Assembly: GCA_043818055.1 (NCBI GenBank)
Contig: JBDRGF010000159.1
Location: 29,860-93,859, forward strand
Source of the DNA: Pseudomonadota bacterium
Lineage (GTDB): Bacteria; UBA10199; 2-02-FULL-44-16; JBDRGF01
DNA: 64,000 nucleotides
Direction of reading: 5' to 3'
Positions 1 through 10,654 of the stretch are shown here, in pieces; position 1 is the stretch's first letter; every line of letters starts with the position of its first letter. The translations under genes and the position numbers were made by a program. Under the pieces are notes generated by a model. That model worked only from the letters and a program-made list of their open reading frames with translations, was not told the DNA's origin and did not search any database.

Positions 1-140
1 TAATTAGAGAATTCTGATTCGAATAATTTGCATTCCTCTCCAGATATATACCATCCCTTCTCCAAAACATTAGAGATTGCAGAGACAATTTCATCCTTGT
101 GTGATAAATATTGTATTTTAGGATTACTGCAGTGTATCAT
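1..140 (-). CDS. DegT/DnrJ/EryC1/StrS aminotransferase, N-terminal part (runs off window)
   Basis: Manual translation from ATG at 140: MIHCSNPKIQYLSHKDEIVSAISNVLEKGWYISGEECKLFESEFSN, a typical DegT N-terminus; ATGA overlap with upstream stop. Confidence 0.8.
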   Translation of the reverse strand, partial: MIHCSNPKIQYLSHKDEIVSAISNVLEKGWYISGEECKLFESEFSN

Positions 141-1360
141 TTAAGCACCTTTACTGTTGGAACGTGGACAATCCATTTACCACCTGTTGATTTATAATCT
201 TGTTCTTTAGCCATAATCTCTTCTGAATGGTTCCATGCAAAAAGAAAAGCATAATTCGGATATTTTGTCTTAAATTCCTGATAACTTTTTACTGGTATAT
301 GCATTCCAGGACTAAACCTACCCTGCTTAATTGGCGTTGTATCACATATATATTCAATTAGTTCAGAACCTATCCCACAATAATTGAGAATTGTTGTACT
401 CTTCGAAGTAGCGGCATATCCAACAACACGGTCCCCATCTCTTTTGAATTCGACCAAAAGTCTCTTCAACGACTCCTTTGACTGCTCACAATTTTTTCTA
501 AACTTATCATATGTGTCCGGCAGATGTAACCCAAGGTCATGTTCTTTTTTTAGTTGTTCGCCTACTCTCTTGGAAATTGGCTTTGTACCCTTATGAGCTA
601 TAACATAACGCATGGAACCACCATGAGTCGACTGAGGCTCCACATCAATAACCTCCATACCATGTTCATTAAAAACATAACTGATGGAAGAAACAGAAAA
701 AAGAAAAACATGTTCATCATATATTTGGTCATAAGATGTCTTTTCAATAACATCACCAAGATATGGATCCTCGAACATCGCAACCCCATCATCTTTTAAT
801 AAAATGTTAATTCCCTCTGCTATAGAGTGGAAATAAGGTATGTGACACATGACATTTGCGGCCAAATAGGCATCTGCTTTACCATATTTATCAACGATCT
901 TCCTTGCCAATTTCTCATCGAAAAATTCTGATATCGTATTGATACCACTATCCATAGCAACCTTAGCAACATTAGATGAAGGTTCAATTCCTAGATGCCG
1001 GATCTTTCGAGCCGCAAAGTTTTTGAGCATAATTCCATCATTACTACCTACTTCAACAACAAACGGATCATTTGATTTTATGTAATCTTTAAGGGCATGA
1101 TCGGCGAACTCAGCAAAATGGGCTATCATTCCTTTGGAAGTTTGGGAAAAGAAGGCATAGTTCTCATGAAACATCTTCTCACGATCAGGCTGATCAATAA
1201 GCTGTACCATTTTGCAGTGTGGACAAAAAGCGACCTTCATCTCAAAAAAATACTCTTCTGCAAATCTATCCTTCGTCAGAAAACCATTAGCTATGGGCAT
1301 CTTTCCAAAATCTATAAACGGCTCGATGTGAGTATTACAAATCAAACATTTTTTCATCAC
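137..1360 (-). CDS. NDP-hexose C-methyltransferase-like SAM-dependent methyltransferase
   Basis: N-terminal CxxC...CxxC Zn site, VEVGSNDG SAM motif, YDQIYDEH, HGGSMR and YAATSKSTT motifs of TcaB9/NovU-like enzymes. Confidence 0.85.
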   Translation of the reverse strand: MMKKCLICNTHIEPFIDFGKMPIANGFLTKDRFAEEYFFEMKVAFCPHCKMVQLIDQPDREKMFHENYAFFSQTSKGMIAHFAEFADHALKDYIKSNDPFVVEVGSNDGIMLKNFAARKIRHLGIEPSSNVAKVAMDSGINTISEFFDEKLARKIVDKYGKADAYLAANVMCHIPYFHSIAEGINILLKDDGVAMFEDPYLGDVIEKTSYDQIYDEHVFLFSVSSISYVFNEHGMEVIDVEPQSTHGGSMRYVIAHKGTKPISKRVGEQLKKEHDLGLHLPDTYDKFRKNCEQSKESLKRLLVEFKRDGDRVVGYAATSKSTTILNYCGIGSELIEYICDTTPIKQGRFSPGMHIPVKSYQEFKTKYPNYAFLFAWNHSEEIMAKEQDYKSTGGKWIVHVPTVKVLK

Positions 1361-1410
1361 GCATCTCCTTTTTTATAAAATATTATCTCAAGCAATTATT
1401 AAGCCGACTC

Positions 1411-3012
1411 CTACCGTTTTTCTAAAGAAAAATAACTAACCGACTTCTCATCCTTTGGGAAATCTCTCGGCAAATCAATATCTATTAAATTATACTTGTA
1501 AGCTTCGGCCCTTGGGTAAAAAGATGCCTTGGAAAACTGGACCGTCCTGTTTGAATATACATATTTTCTAAACACACCACGTACAATAGGAGCTAAATCA
1601 CCGCGAATATAAAAAATATTCGTCTTTCCTTTTACATTAATATCATTTTTGTCGATTATTTCTTTTAATGCATCCATGGCACCGCTGCTATATTGAATGT
1701 CATTATTTTGTTTTCCCCGTTCACCAAAAGAATTCAAGAGAGACATCGTATTTCCAAACAACGATCCATAAAACAAATAATGAGATGCAACAAAAGCTGT
1801 CGCGGTCATTCCGATCATAGAAACACTCATATAAACATGCCGTTTAACTGCGCTCTTGTCTGGCAAAATAGCAAAGACAAAAACCGGCAAAATAACAAAC
1901 CAGGCTGAACCGTAATAGAATCTCCAAACAATTTGATAATGAGTTATAATAGCGGCGACTATGAATGTTAACGGGATAACGGGAACTAAAAAAAACAGTA
2001 TCGACGAAATCAATTGTGACTTAAACAGATTTTGATTTATTATTATGCTCCGTTTCTTTGAAATCCATAGCGTAAAAAGACCCGCTAAGAGTGAAAATAT
2101 GGCAATCTCGCTAAAGGCCTTTGGAAATGCGTTGAGCTCCATTACAAGCCTGCCTAAGCCTACACTTTTAACTTTATCGACATATAAAACATATGTGGCA
2201 TAAAAATCAGTAAAAAGTGATGGTACAGGTATACTCTTTGTCAGGATAATAATTACAAAACAAATCGAAAGAAATGATATTGCAAACACAAAGGGCCAAC
2301 GATAAGCGATAATAATATTATGTACATAGGACCTACAGAAGCAAACCATCACCATCAACGAAATTAAATAAAACAATGCTTCAGTAGGATGTATAATTAG
2401 AAGCAAAGGCAATATGAGAACGATCTGGGAAAGTGCAACTATTTTTTGCCTTCTAATCGAACATTTATCGAACAATATGTGCATGGACAAAGCGGAAATA
2501 TACCAATACAGCGGGATCGTTAAACCCTGATAGGTGATCGAATACCATAAGATCCAAGCTCGTTGATCATACTCAGCACTACCATTTCCTATAAACCAGA
2601 GAATTATAGAAAATATGATAAGCATCTGCCGCTCGACATTTTTAATATTTGGCAGGGCTAATTTTACAAAAGTTGAACTGAAAAAAGCGATACAGACGTA
2701 AGATAATATTGATTGAGAAACATGGATGATCTTTGCCCATACGAAAATGTCATTTATATGAATAAATTTAAAGAAATATCCCCATACAAGGTGCCAAAGA
2801 TACATTGAACGACGCACATCTTCTGGCCAAAAGATGAAGCTTTTACCATTGTCATAAAAACTCGTAATCACCGTGAGGTGTTCCCACATGTCAAATGGTA
2901 ATTTCAGGAATGGATGCGAAAATATAATAGCTGCGATCACCATGACCGAGAATACAGCAATATACGAATTGTCTAAAATTTTATTCTTGATCGTCATAAT
3001 ATTCCAAAACAC
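1411..3012 (-). CDS. Polytopic membrane protein (possibly GT-C-type transferase or polymerase)
   Basis: 533 aa with many hydrophobic segments, in a glycan locus; function inferred only. Confidence 0.55.
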   Translation of the reverse strand: MFWNIMTIKNKILDNSYIAVFSVMVIAAIIFSHPFLKLPFDMWEHLTVITSFYDNGKSFIFWPEDVRRSMYLWHLVWGYFFKFIHINDIFVWAKIIHVSQSILSYVCIAFFSSTFVKLALPNIKNVERQMLIIFSIILWFIGNGSAEYDQRAWILWYSITYQGLTIPLYWYISALSMHILFDKCSIRRQKIVALSQIVLILPLLLIIHPTEALFYLISLMVMVCFCRSYVHNIIIAYRWPFVFAISFLSICFVIIILTKSIPVPSLFTDFYATYVLYVDKVKSVGLGRLVMELNAFPKAFSEIAIFSLLAGLFTLWISKKRSIIINQNLFKSQLISSILFFLVPVIPLTFIVAAIITHYQIVWRFYYGSAWFVILPVFVFAILPDKSAVKRHVYMSVSMIGMTATAFVASHYLFYGSLFGNTMSLLNSFGERGKQNNDIQYSSGAMDALKEIIDKNDINVKGKTNIFYIRGDLAPIVRGVFRKYVYSNRTVQFSKASFYPRAEAYKYNLIDIDLPRDFPKDEKSVSYFSLEKR

Positions 3013-3024
3013 CTAAACAAATGT

Positions 3025-3660
3025 TTACTCACAAGAATTTCGCAGGCCAACCTTTTCAAACAATAACAGCCTGAACACATCCAGAAATATCTTCTCGTTT
3101 CGCACGATATTAAAACCATGCCCAGCAAAAATATTGATAAAATCCATAATTCTATAATTATATTCGTAAACATTTTTATCGCCCACAAGCAGTTCGGACA
3201 AATATGCAAGCGTTTTGCCGATAAAAGAACCATGATTCGGCTGAATTAACAGCACGTAGCGTCGACTTATCCTTACCAAATGCTCTGCATACGGTTCAAA
3301 ATTAAGGAAGTGTTCAAGCATGCCGTCGCTTGAAACAAGATCGAACTGCCGATCCATCGCGTCCAAATTCATCAGTGTAGCATTCAGTCTTTTTTTTCTG
3401 CACACTGCCACCGCTTCCGGAGAAATATCTATGCCCTCACATTCATAACCAGCATCGTGAAAAATACGCAAGGTATGGCCAAGCCCGCAGCCAACCTCCA
3501 CCACTGTCCTGATCTGAATATCATCCAGCACCTTTTTCAGAATGTGTTCTTTTGCGTTGAACATTTTTCGACCAAGGATGGTCAACCTCTCCTTTTCCTG
3601 ACTCCCGTCCCATCTTTTATCCCACTCAACAGCAAGGTTCTTGTCTATGTCATTTGTCAT
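3025..3660 (-). CDS. Class I SAM-dependent methyltransferase
   Basis: VEVGCGLG motif I, GIDIS, DGMLEH. Confidence 0.85.
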   Translation of the reverse strand: MTNDIDKNLAVEWDKRWDGSQEKERLTILGRKMFNAKEHILKKVLDDIQIRTVVEVGCGLGHTLRIFHDAGYECEGIDISPEAVAVCRKKRLNATLMNLDAMDRQFDLVSSDGMLEHFLNFEPYAEHLVRISRRYVLLIQPNHGSFIGKTLAYLSELLVGDKNVYEYNYRIMDFINIFAGHGFNIVRNEKIFLDVFRLLLFEKVGLRNSCE

Positions 3661-3692
3661 ATGTTTTTAAAAAATCTGCTGTAAGGTTTATC

Positions 3693-4685
3693 TCATTTCA
3701 CTCTTGGGTTGAGAAGCCCATACATCTCTCCTAGAGCATAGCCAAAATGTTGCACTATATAAACAGATATAACATAAAAAACTACAGATAATTTCTTTTT
3801 TTTAAAGCACATAAAAAAAGATAATATCGTAATGGCCAAAAAATATAATAACGGCAGAAAAAACATTCTATTCTGAATAGAAAATAATGTGGAAAGCATG
3901 ATCAATATAAAAATTATCGGCAAGACAAAACTTGGCTTCCACATGGCCGGATACCGTTTCAAAAGACGAGCTCTCCCTTTTCCATAACGAAACATGTTTT
4001 TCAACCATCTTGTGGGGGTAGGCCGCATTTTGTGCCACACCATGGATTCGGGGATAAAGACAAATTTATGACCTGACAAAGAAAGTCTATAATTAAGATC
4101 GGCGTCCTCTGCCTCGCTAAAAAGTGATTCGTCATAACATCCAGCCTCAACAATCTTATCTTTTCTATATAGAACATTGAGACTTGAAAGACTTGTAACG
4201 TACCTGTGTTCTGCAAAACATCTTCCTTGCACACTATTAAAGCTCCCGGCATACGAATCAAGTGCAACACCGATTGCATTCATAAACTTAGAAGAATATT
4301 CAGGAGGCTTATTTCCGCCTCCCACAGCCACAACCCGATGATCCTTATTTGTCGCACGTTGATAATTATCGACAAGAATGGTCAACCAATTTGACAAGGC
4401 CTCGCAATCGGCATCGATAAGAGCTATATGGTCGTATCGCGAGGCCTTGATACCTGCGTTTCTACCCGCAGCAACTCCTTTTTTTGGTTCAATTATGAGA
4501 GTAACCTTCTTCCCTTGTCTCTTACAAAACTCTTCAACAATAGCTCTAGTGCAATCATTGGAATTACCATCAACAACAATTATTTCATACTCACCAAGCC
4601 GATAATTCATATTCAGAAGCGACCTCAAACAGTCCCCTATATTTTTTTCTTCGTTAACGCATGGAACTATTACCGACACGTTCAT
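3693..4685 (-). CDS. Glycosyltransferase family 2 with C-terminal TM helices
   Basis: VSVIVPCVNEE, VVDGNSND, DAD, EDADL motifs. Confidence 0.9.
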   Translation of the reverse strand: MNVSVIVPCVNEEKNIGDCLRSLLNMNYRLGEYEIIVVDGNSNDCTRAIVEEFCKRQGKKVTLIIEPKKGVAAGRNAGIKASRYDHIALIDADCEALSNWLTILVDNYQRATNKDHRVVAVGGGNKPPEYSSKFMNAIGVALDSYAGSFNSVQGRCFAEHRYVTSLSSLNVLYRKDKIVEAGCYDESLFSEAEDADLNYRLSLSGHKFVFIPESMVWHKMRPTPTRWLKNMFRYGKGRARLLKRYPAMWKPSFVLPIIFILIMLSTLFSIQNRMFFLPLLYFLAITILSFFMCFKKKKLSVVFYVISVYIVQHFGYALGEMYGLLNPRVK

Positions 4686-4687
4686 GA

Positions 4688-6175
4688 TTACTGTCCTCTT
4701 CCAAGTTGTCCCATAAAATATTTTGAGAAAAAAACCCTTGCGGATTTCAGACTCCTATAGCCTTCCGATGGGTCTTTAATGGCCTGTTTTAGCTTCATAA
4801 ACATATATGCAAACCTTAAATGATATTTTTTTAAATAGTCATCACAAAGAGATACCATCTCTTCTGATTTGAGACTAGCAGTATTAATCACACAATTGTG
4901 TAATCCATCGTTTGTCAACCATTGTGAAAAATCTTCTGTTTTGAGATATCCATGCTCCTTTGCCCATGAATATGCTTCTGTTCCGGGATAGACGTAGAGC
5001 GGATAAAACTGCATACTGTCGCAGTTTATCTTTTTGGAGAACTCATAGCTCTTCATCAGAGTTGTCTTGGTATCTCCGGGATTGCCAACCATTATGCAAC
5101 CATGTACCAGAACACCGGCCTTCCTCGCGCTGTCAGCAAATTTATAATAAACTTCAACCCTCTCACCTTTGCACATCTTGTCAAGAATCTGTTGACATCC
5201 GCTCTCAAAACCAACTGTAACGAGACGACAACCCGCGCTCTTCATCAATTTCAAAAGATCATAATCAAGATCACCGCGCACATTGCAATACCACTTTATT
5301 TTTATTCCGCGGCCAATAATTAACTCACATATCTTTTTCACCCTTTTACGATCTGCGCTGAAACAATCATCCTCTATACCGATCTCTTTTACATCTGGAA
5401 AGTTCCTGACAATATATTCAAATTCATCGACAACATTCTCCGGAGAACGCGTTCTGTAGGATCTTGCATGGAATACTTGCGGATAAACACAAAAAAAGCA
5501 CTTAAACGGACAACCCCTGCCCGTAATTATCATCATCATGGGATAATTAGCTGCCGCAAAAAAATATTTACGGCAGTTAAGATGCTTTTTATATACCGAT
5601 GAGACAAAGGGAATATTGTCAAGGTCCTTGATTTTCTCCCTTTCCTTATTGCGAACTATCACCCCGTCTTTTCTAAAGACCAAGCCGTCAACCTCACCAA
5701 TGTCATTCTTGTTCATTATGACGCCTGCAAGGTCACGGATCGTGTAATCATATTCGCCGATGGCAACGGCATCGACCTTCGTGCTTAAGTTCACCGTCTG
5801 TTCGGGAAGTGCGGAGGGATGTGTCCCGACCATTACAATGAACGAGGCAGGATATTGATCTTTGATGGTCCCTGCAATATGAACATCACTGAATATGCTC
5901 GGTGTGCTTGTATCGATAACCGCAATTTCAGGGACGAAACCGTCTAACGAGTTAAAGACCCCTTCGATATCAAGTCCAAGGGCCGGCGCATCTATCAGCC
6001 TGACGTTATGACCAGCCTGTTCGGCAACAGCCGTCGCATAGGCAAGCCACAAGGGGTAGTATAGCGTTCCCCCCTTACAAACCGCGGGGCTGCGCGAGGT
6101 CCGTGAAAACTGATCAAGAAACGGAGGATTGAGAAATAATATGTTCATTGAATTGATTTGATGCGTTAGATCCAT
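4688..6175 (-). CDS. B12-binding radical SAM protein (HpnJ-like); start may be 6148
   Basis: ILFLNPP...PLWLAY B12-binding N-terminus, GEYD, GRGCPFKCFFC, GFESG, PGT. Confidence 0.9.
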   Translation of the reverse strand: MDLTHQINSMNILFLNPPFLDQFSRTSRSPAVCKGGTLYYPLWLAYATAVAEQAGHNVRLIDAPALGLDIEGVFNSLDGFVPEIAVIDTSTPSIFSDVHIAGTIKDQYPASFIVMVGTHPSALPEQTVNLSTKVDAVAIGEYDYTIRDLAGVIMNKNDIGEVDGLVFRKDGVIVRNKEREKIKDLDNIPFVSSVYKKHLNCRKYFFAAANYPMMMIITGRGCPFKCFFCVYPQVFHARSYRTRSPENVVDEFEYIVRNFPDVKEIGIEDDCFSADRKRVKKICELIIGRGIKIKWYCNVRGDLDYDLLKLMKSAGCRLVTVGFESGCQQILDKMCKGERVEVYYKFADSARKAGVLVHGCIMVGNPGDTKTTLMKSYEFSKKINCDSMQFYPLYVYPGTEAYSWAKEHGYLKTEDFSQWLTNDGLHNCVINTASLKSEEMVSLCDDYLKKYHLRFAYMFMKLKQAIKDPSEGYRSLKSARVFFSKYFMGQLGRGQ

Positions 6176-6822
6176 CCCTTGAACCAGAAATAAACGATGG
6201 ATAGATATTCCCTGATAATTTCCGGCATGAATCTAATCCTATTGGGAATGTGATATATCTCCTTTTCATAACAAGACACCGGTGCAGGATATGCTTCAAT
6301 TCCCATTTTCTTACAGATCAGGAGACTTCTGAACATGTGATATGAAGATGTGACCAACAATGATTTTTTTAAACCTAAGGAATCCAATATCGGCAGTGAA
6401 TTGGCAAGATTCTCATAGGTATTTTGTGAACGCTCTTCAGTGATAATATCATCTCCATTTACGCCCATTTTCACCATAAGATCTTTTATTGTGACCGATA
6501 TCGGCGGATCTCCTTTTTTCAGCACACCTCCACAAATAATTATCTTCTTGGCATACCCTTCTTTATATAGAGATACTGCCTGCAACATCCTTTGAAACGA
6601 GTTCTGTTCGGGTATGTTTTTAGTAAAATATCCCGACGAAAGAAGAATGATCGAATCGGCTTGTTTTATCTCGGGTATAACCTCTAAATACGAATATAAT
6701 CGATTGACAAGTGGCGTGAACACAAGAATGCATACAAGAAAATTCATGAGCAAAGATAAGAAAAAAACCGATCTATAGATTTTCTGTTTCGCTGTCATTA
6801 AAACTTTCGGGGTATCTGTCAT
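6166..6822 (-). CDS. YdcF/DUF218 (ElyC-like) family protein
   Basis: N-terminal TM, ICGG, EERSQNTYEN, VTSSYHMFRS, IREY. Confidence 0.85.
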   Translation of the reverse strand: MTDTPKVLMTAKQKIYRSVFFLSLLMNFLVCILVFTPLVNRLYSYLEVIPEIKQADSIILLSSGYFTKNIPEQNSFQRMLQAVSLYKEGYAKKIIICGGVLKKGDPPISVTIKDLMVKMGVNGDDIITEERSQNTYENLANSLPILDSLGLKKSLLVTSSYHMFRSLLICKKMGIEAYPAPVSCYEKEIYHIPNRIRFMPEIIREYLSIVYFWFKGWI

Positions 6823-6842
6823 CTGGGATAGCTCGTTTCGTG

Positions 6843-7433
6843 TTATCTTATTATGTATTCTACTCTGCCGACGATCATGTCATTGATACAATGAAGAAGC
6901 AAATTATGAATGATCTCAACATAACCATAGGCCTTGGAGTTGATCCAAAAATTTATTGAACCCAATGCACTCAAAGGATTTTTTTGATCGAACCCTGAAA
7001 ATGTGATCACGGTCATATTTTTTTTCAATGCCTCTTCACAGGCGTTCAAAATGTTCTTAGACGAGCCACTACTGCTGATAGCTATCAAAACATCACCCTT
7101 ACAACCGTAGTGTTCAACGCCCTTTTGAAACATCCTTTCATATCCATAATCATTAGCATATGCCGTCATCATCGGAGACCCGCTGATCGTCATAGCCCTT
7201 AAACCAGCATTTTTCGTCAAATCGACAGACATGTGTTCAGCTATTGCCGCCGAAGCGCCATTTCCTATCAATATTATCTTAGCCCCCCTATTCTTCGTGG
7301 CAATAAGACACTTTGTGGCATCAATCAACTTAGCCTTGTTGTTCTTTTTTCCGATATGGGCTTCAACAATACTGTTAAAGTCACAAAAAAACTCATCCAA
7401 AAAACTATTATAAAACTCGTTCGTCTCATTCAT
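6843..7433 (-). CDS. gmhA: SIS-domain phosphoheptose isomerase
   Basis: IGNGASAAIAEH, ANDYGY, GDVLIAISSSGSSKN, VEIIH. Confidence 0.8.
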   Translation of the reverse strand: MNETNEFYNSFLDEFFCDFNSIVEAHIGKKNNKAKLIDATKCLIATKNRGAKIILIGNGASAAIAEHMSVDLTKNAGLRAMTISGSPMMTAYANDYGYERMFQKGVEHYGCKGDVLIAISSSGSSKNILNACEEALKKNMTVITFSGFDQKNPLSALGSINFWINSKAYGYVEIIHNLLLHCINDMIVGRVEYIIR

Positions 7434-7469
7434 ATATTAAAACACCTATGGAGGAATCGTTAAATAATG

Positions 7470-8771
7470 TCACTGACAATTGCCATGAAGCTCTGGATAC
7501 AAGGTTTTATTGTTATTTTTCTCATATTCAGCCAAAATCTGTCTGAATTCGGGAATGGTCATACTTCCTTTCTTCTCAAGTGCAGGATAATAAAAATTCA
7601 TAAAATCCGGATCATCTGCCAAAAAGCAGGCGTGATATCCTCCAAATGGAGTTTCTTTCAGACCTCTTTCCCGTGCAACAGACAGTGGCTCCTTCATAAC
7701 ATTTCCCATGTAAACATGCATGTTAGCACAATTCATGACATCACCGTAGGGGGTCATATTTATCATTTCTTTCGTCCCGGGACATCCGAACTGCTTCCCG
7801 TAATTGAAGTTCAGATGCCTGGTAACCCAGTTGTATGGTTTTATAATTTTCTCGTAATTTTTGACATCTTCCTTGTCGAGCATAACCTCCTTGTTATGGA
7901 AATTGCCTACTCCTTTGGCAAATAGTGTGCACAGAAGCACCTGTTCCCGTTCCGCAAGCTCCAACAACTCCCTGAAACCATCTGTATAGAGATTACCTTT
8001 GTGAACGCAGCAATTAATAACAACTTTAATACCATATTTTTTACTCAACCTGATATTTTCAACAACCTTTTCAAAGCTCCCAGCCTTTTTTCTGAAGGCA
8101 TTATGAATTTCAGGATAACCGCTGTCGAGACTATAATTGATCGTATCAACACCCAACTCGTAAGCTCTTTTGATCTTTGCTTCGTCAACAAGATAACCAT
8201 TGGTGGTAATAATAATATGATTCTTCATCGGTTGCCATGCCCTGATAAACTCCTCCCAGTTTTTTACAACAAAAGGCTCTCCGCCTTCCATGCCAAACGT
8301 AGTGGCACCAAGCTTCATCGCCTCTTTCACAACTCTCGCATAATCGGAAGGTTTCATCTCCTGTCTCTTCCCCGACTCATCAATCCTTGCACAAAGACAA
8401 TGATTGCAACTAAAGTTACATCTAAAGCTAACTGCAAACTCTATCCCTCTTAGAATATATTTTTTCATTCCCAGGTAGTGATAAACTTTCCCTCGGATCT
8501 CATTCCAAATAATCCTGAAGGGATAGAATGGCTTTCTCCAATGGATCCCATATTTAAAACGAATGCGCCATAACGTAAGGAATTTTTTAATTGGATTGTA
8601 TTGCCGTGTAATTATTACCCGTTTGCGTTTTGTCTGTTCTTCGGCTTCTTTCAATTTTTTCATTATACGTCTGGACTCTTCCTGTGTTTTGGCAATCAGC
8701 TTAACATCGTCTTCAAGCGTACTAAATACCGACACCTTGTTTTGTGACGCAAATACACTACTCTCAAGCAT
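7470..8771 (-). CDS. Radical SAM protein with SPASM/twitch-like C-terminus
   Basis: CNFSCNHC, GGEP, TTNG, GCPG...GDVMNC. Confidence 0.85.
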   Translation of the reverse strand: MLESSVFASQNKVSVFSTLEDDVKLIAKTQEESRRIMKKLKEAEEQTKRKRVIITRQYNPIKKFLTLWRIRFKYGIHWRKPFYPFRIIWNEIRGKVYHYLGMKKYILRGIEFAVSFRCNFSCNHCLCARIDESGKRQEMKPSDYARVVKEAMKLGATTFGMEGGEPFVVKNWEEFIRAWQPMKNHIIITTNGYLVDEAKIKRAYELGVDTINYSLDSGYPEIHNAFRKKAGSFEKVVENIRLSKKYGIKVVINCCVHKGNLYTDGFRELLELAEREQVLLCTLFAKGVGNFHNKEVMLDKEDVKNYEKIIKPYNWVTRHLNFNYGKQFGCPGTKEMINMTPYGDVMNCANMHVYMGNVMKEPLSVARERGLKETPFGGYHACFLADDPDFMNFYYPALEKKGSMTIPEFRQILAEYEKNNNKTLYPELHGNCQ

Positions 8772-8845
8772 AAAATCGCTCCTTTTTGATCTGTAATTAT
8801 AGTTTTATACTTAACCGAACACCAAGGAATTCTTCTCTCAAATTA

Positions 8846-9841
8846 TCATAACAAACCCTCTTTTCTAAGATTTTCAACTGTTTTGCTAATCGACTTTCTC
8901 CAATTGGTAATAGCGTACCCCAACTCTTTTATGGCCAATTCCGAAGAATAAAAAAGATTCTGCCGAATCATCTCTCCTACTATTTTAGTAATCGGTGTTT
9001 CTTTCTTCAGCAAATTAAAGATCAACTCAGCACCATACCCAAGCCAGGGCAGTATAAATCTCGGCAGTGGAATTTTAGGCGAAATTCCTCCGGTGGCATA
9101 GGCTATATCGCTAAAATATTCTTTAAAAGATATATTATCCCCACCTAAGATATATTTTTTTCCAGTAATACCCTTTTCATAGCATAGGAAAAGACCTCTT
9201 ACTAAGTCATCTATATCTGTAAGGCAGACCCCGCCTGAAGGATATATTTTCATCTTACCTTGAGCAATAGCCTTAAAATTATCTAACTGAGTTCTCTTGA
9301 TACCGTGCGATCCTATCACATTTCCGGGACAAACGATGATCGAGTCTAACCCCAAGCCAACCTCTCTAAGGACGGCCTGTTCTCCCAGATATTTTGTATA
9401 AGCGTAGGGATCTCTGTAGTTGTTAAAAACAAATTTTTCATCGGCCACTTCTCCATGTTCAGGGACACCTACAGCCGACACCGAACTGATATGGATCAGA
9501 CGCAATCCTCCTTTTTCTCTGGTCATTCTCGCAACATTGCTGGCAACTGCAATGTTAATGATCTCCCTTAAACGTTGATCTCTTTTCAATGAAGAGCCAC
9601 ACGCGGCAAAATTATAAACAGCAACACACCCCTCCATGGCTTTAGCCAGCGCCATATTGTCAGTTAAATCTCCTTCAAAAGGAGTAAAAGAAAAACCGGT
9701 TAGGTTCTTCATTGAAGATGATTTCCGATGGAAGACAACAACCTCTACATCCTTTTCCTGTAAATATCTGACTAAATTACTGCCAATAAATCCTGTCCCA
9801 CCTATAAGTAGAATCCTATTATTATTTGTTTTTCTACCCAT
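8846..9841 (-). CDS. NAD-dependent epimerase/dehydratase (HpnA/DFR-like extended SDR)
   Basis: GGTGFIG, SSVSA, YAYTK. Confidence 0.85.
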   Translation of the reverse strand: MGRKTNNNRILLIGGTGFIGSNLVRYLQEKDVEVVVFHRKSSSMKNLTGFSFTPFEGDLTDNMALAKAMEGCVAVYNFAACGSSLKRDQRLREIINIAVASNVARMTREKGGLRLIHISSVSAVGVPEHGEVADEKFVFNNYRDPYAYTKYLGEQAVLREVGLGLDSIIVCPGNVIGSHGIKRTQLDNFKAIAQGKMKIYPSGGVCLTDIDDLVRGLFLCYEKGITGKKYILGGDNISFKEYFSDIAYATGGISPKIPLPRFILPWLGYGAELIFNLLKKETPITKIVGEMIRQNLFYSSELAIKELGYAITNWRKSISKTVENLRKEGLL

Positions 9842-9849
9842 ATATATAT

Positions 9850-10629
9850 CTATCCCTTTATGCCTTTAATTATCATAATGGGTCTCCGCATAAAATCTGG
9901 GTTATCCATTCCAATCAAACTATCATCTTCTCTAAAAAGCTTTCTTCTATTTAGAAAGATAAATGGTTTAATTACCAAAGATACAAACACTTTATAACAC
10001 CACAGAATTAATGGTTGCTTCTTTTCTAATTTGAAGGATATGTTTTCAGAATATCTATTTTCCTCAGGTTCCGGTTTATAACCAAAAAATGTCTGCAATT
10101 TAATGATAAACATTCTTAATTGCACCAAAGATGGAATTGCTCTAATTAGTTTATATTCCTTTATTTTCAGATTTTTTTTAACAGCCGTAATTATAAATTC
10201 TTTAGTTATTCGGCATCCATTTCCCGGGCCTAGAGGAACTAAAAGCAATAGCTCTCCATTTTTGGTCAGTAAATTGGCAAAGTTTTCTATTGCGGTTTCC
10301 GGATGCTCTATATGTTCAAGTGCAGAAAGATTAATTATTTTTGTAAAGGATAATTTGGACAATCTCTTGGAATGTTCTCCAATACTGAGGTTGCCAAGGT
10401 GAGTATGAAGAAAAACCAGATTATTCAAGTTATATATCTCTTCATTTCTTTTTATTCTTAAAATATCCCAATCAACACCGACCACATTAGCAACTTTCTT
10501 AGCAACCTGTGAGCCAATATAACCATCCCCACATCCCGCATCCATTATAATGTCATCTTTCTTGAATTCTATAAAATTGGGCAGAATTTTTAGTTTCCAC
10601 AATACATCTAAATGATATTTTGATAACAT
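9850..10629 (-). CDS. Class I SAM-dependent methyltransferase
   Basis: MDAGCGDG, ALEHIE, NGELLLLVP. Confidence 0.8.
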   Translation of the reverse strand: MLSKYHLDVLWKLKILPNFIEFKKDDIIMDAGCGDGYIGSQVAKKVANVVGVDWDILRIKRNEEIYNLNNLVFLHTHLGNLSIGEHSKRLSKLSFTKIINLSALEHIEHPETAIENFANLLTKNGELLLLVPLGPGNGCRITKEFIITAVKKNLKIKEYKLIRAIPSLVQLRMFIIKLQTFFGYKPEPEENRYSENISFKLEKKQPLILWCYKVFVSLVIKPFIFLNRRKLFREDDSLIGMDNPDFMRRPIMIIKGIKG

Positions 10630-10654
10630 TTATCACCTCCAATAGCTCACAAGA

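Noticed and set aside
4688..9841. Hopanoid cluster (HpnJ-like and HpnA-like genes)
   Set aside because: No squalene synthase or cyclase in the window; both families are broad
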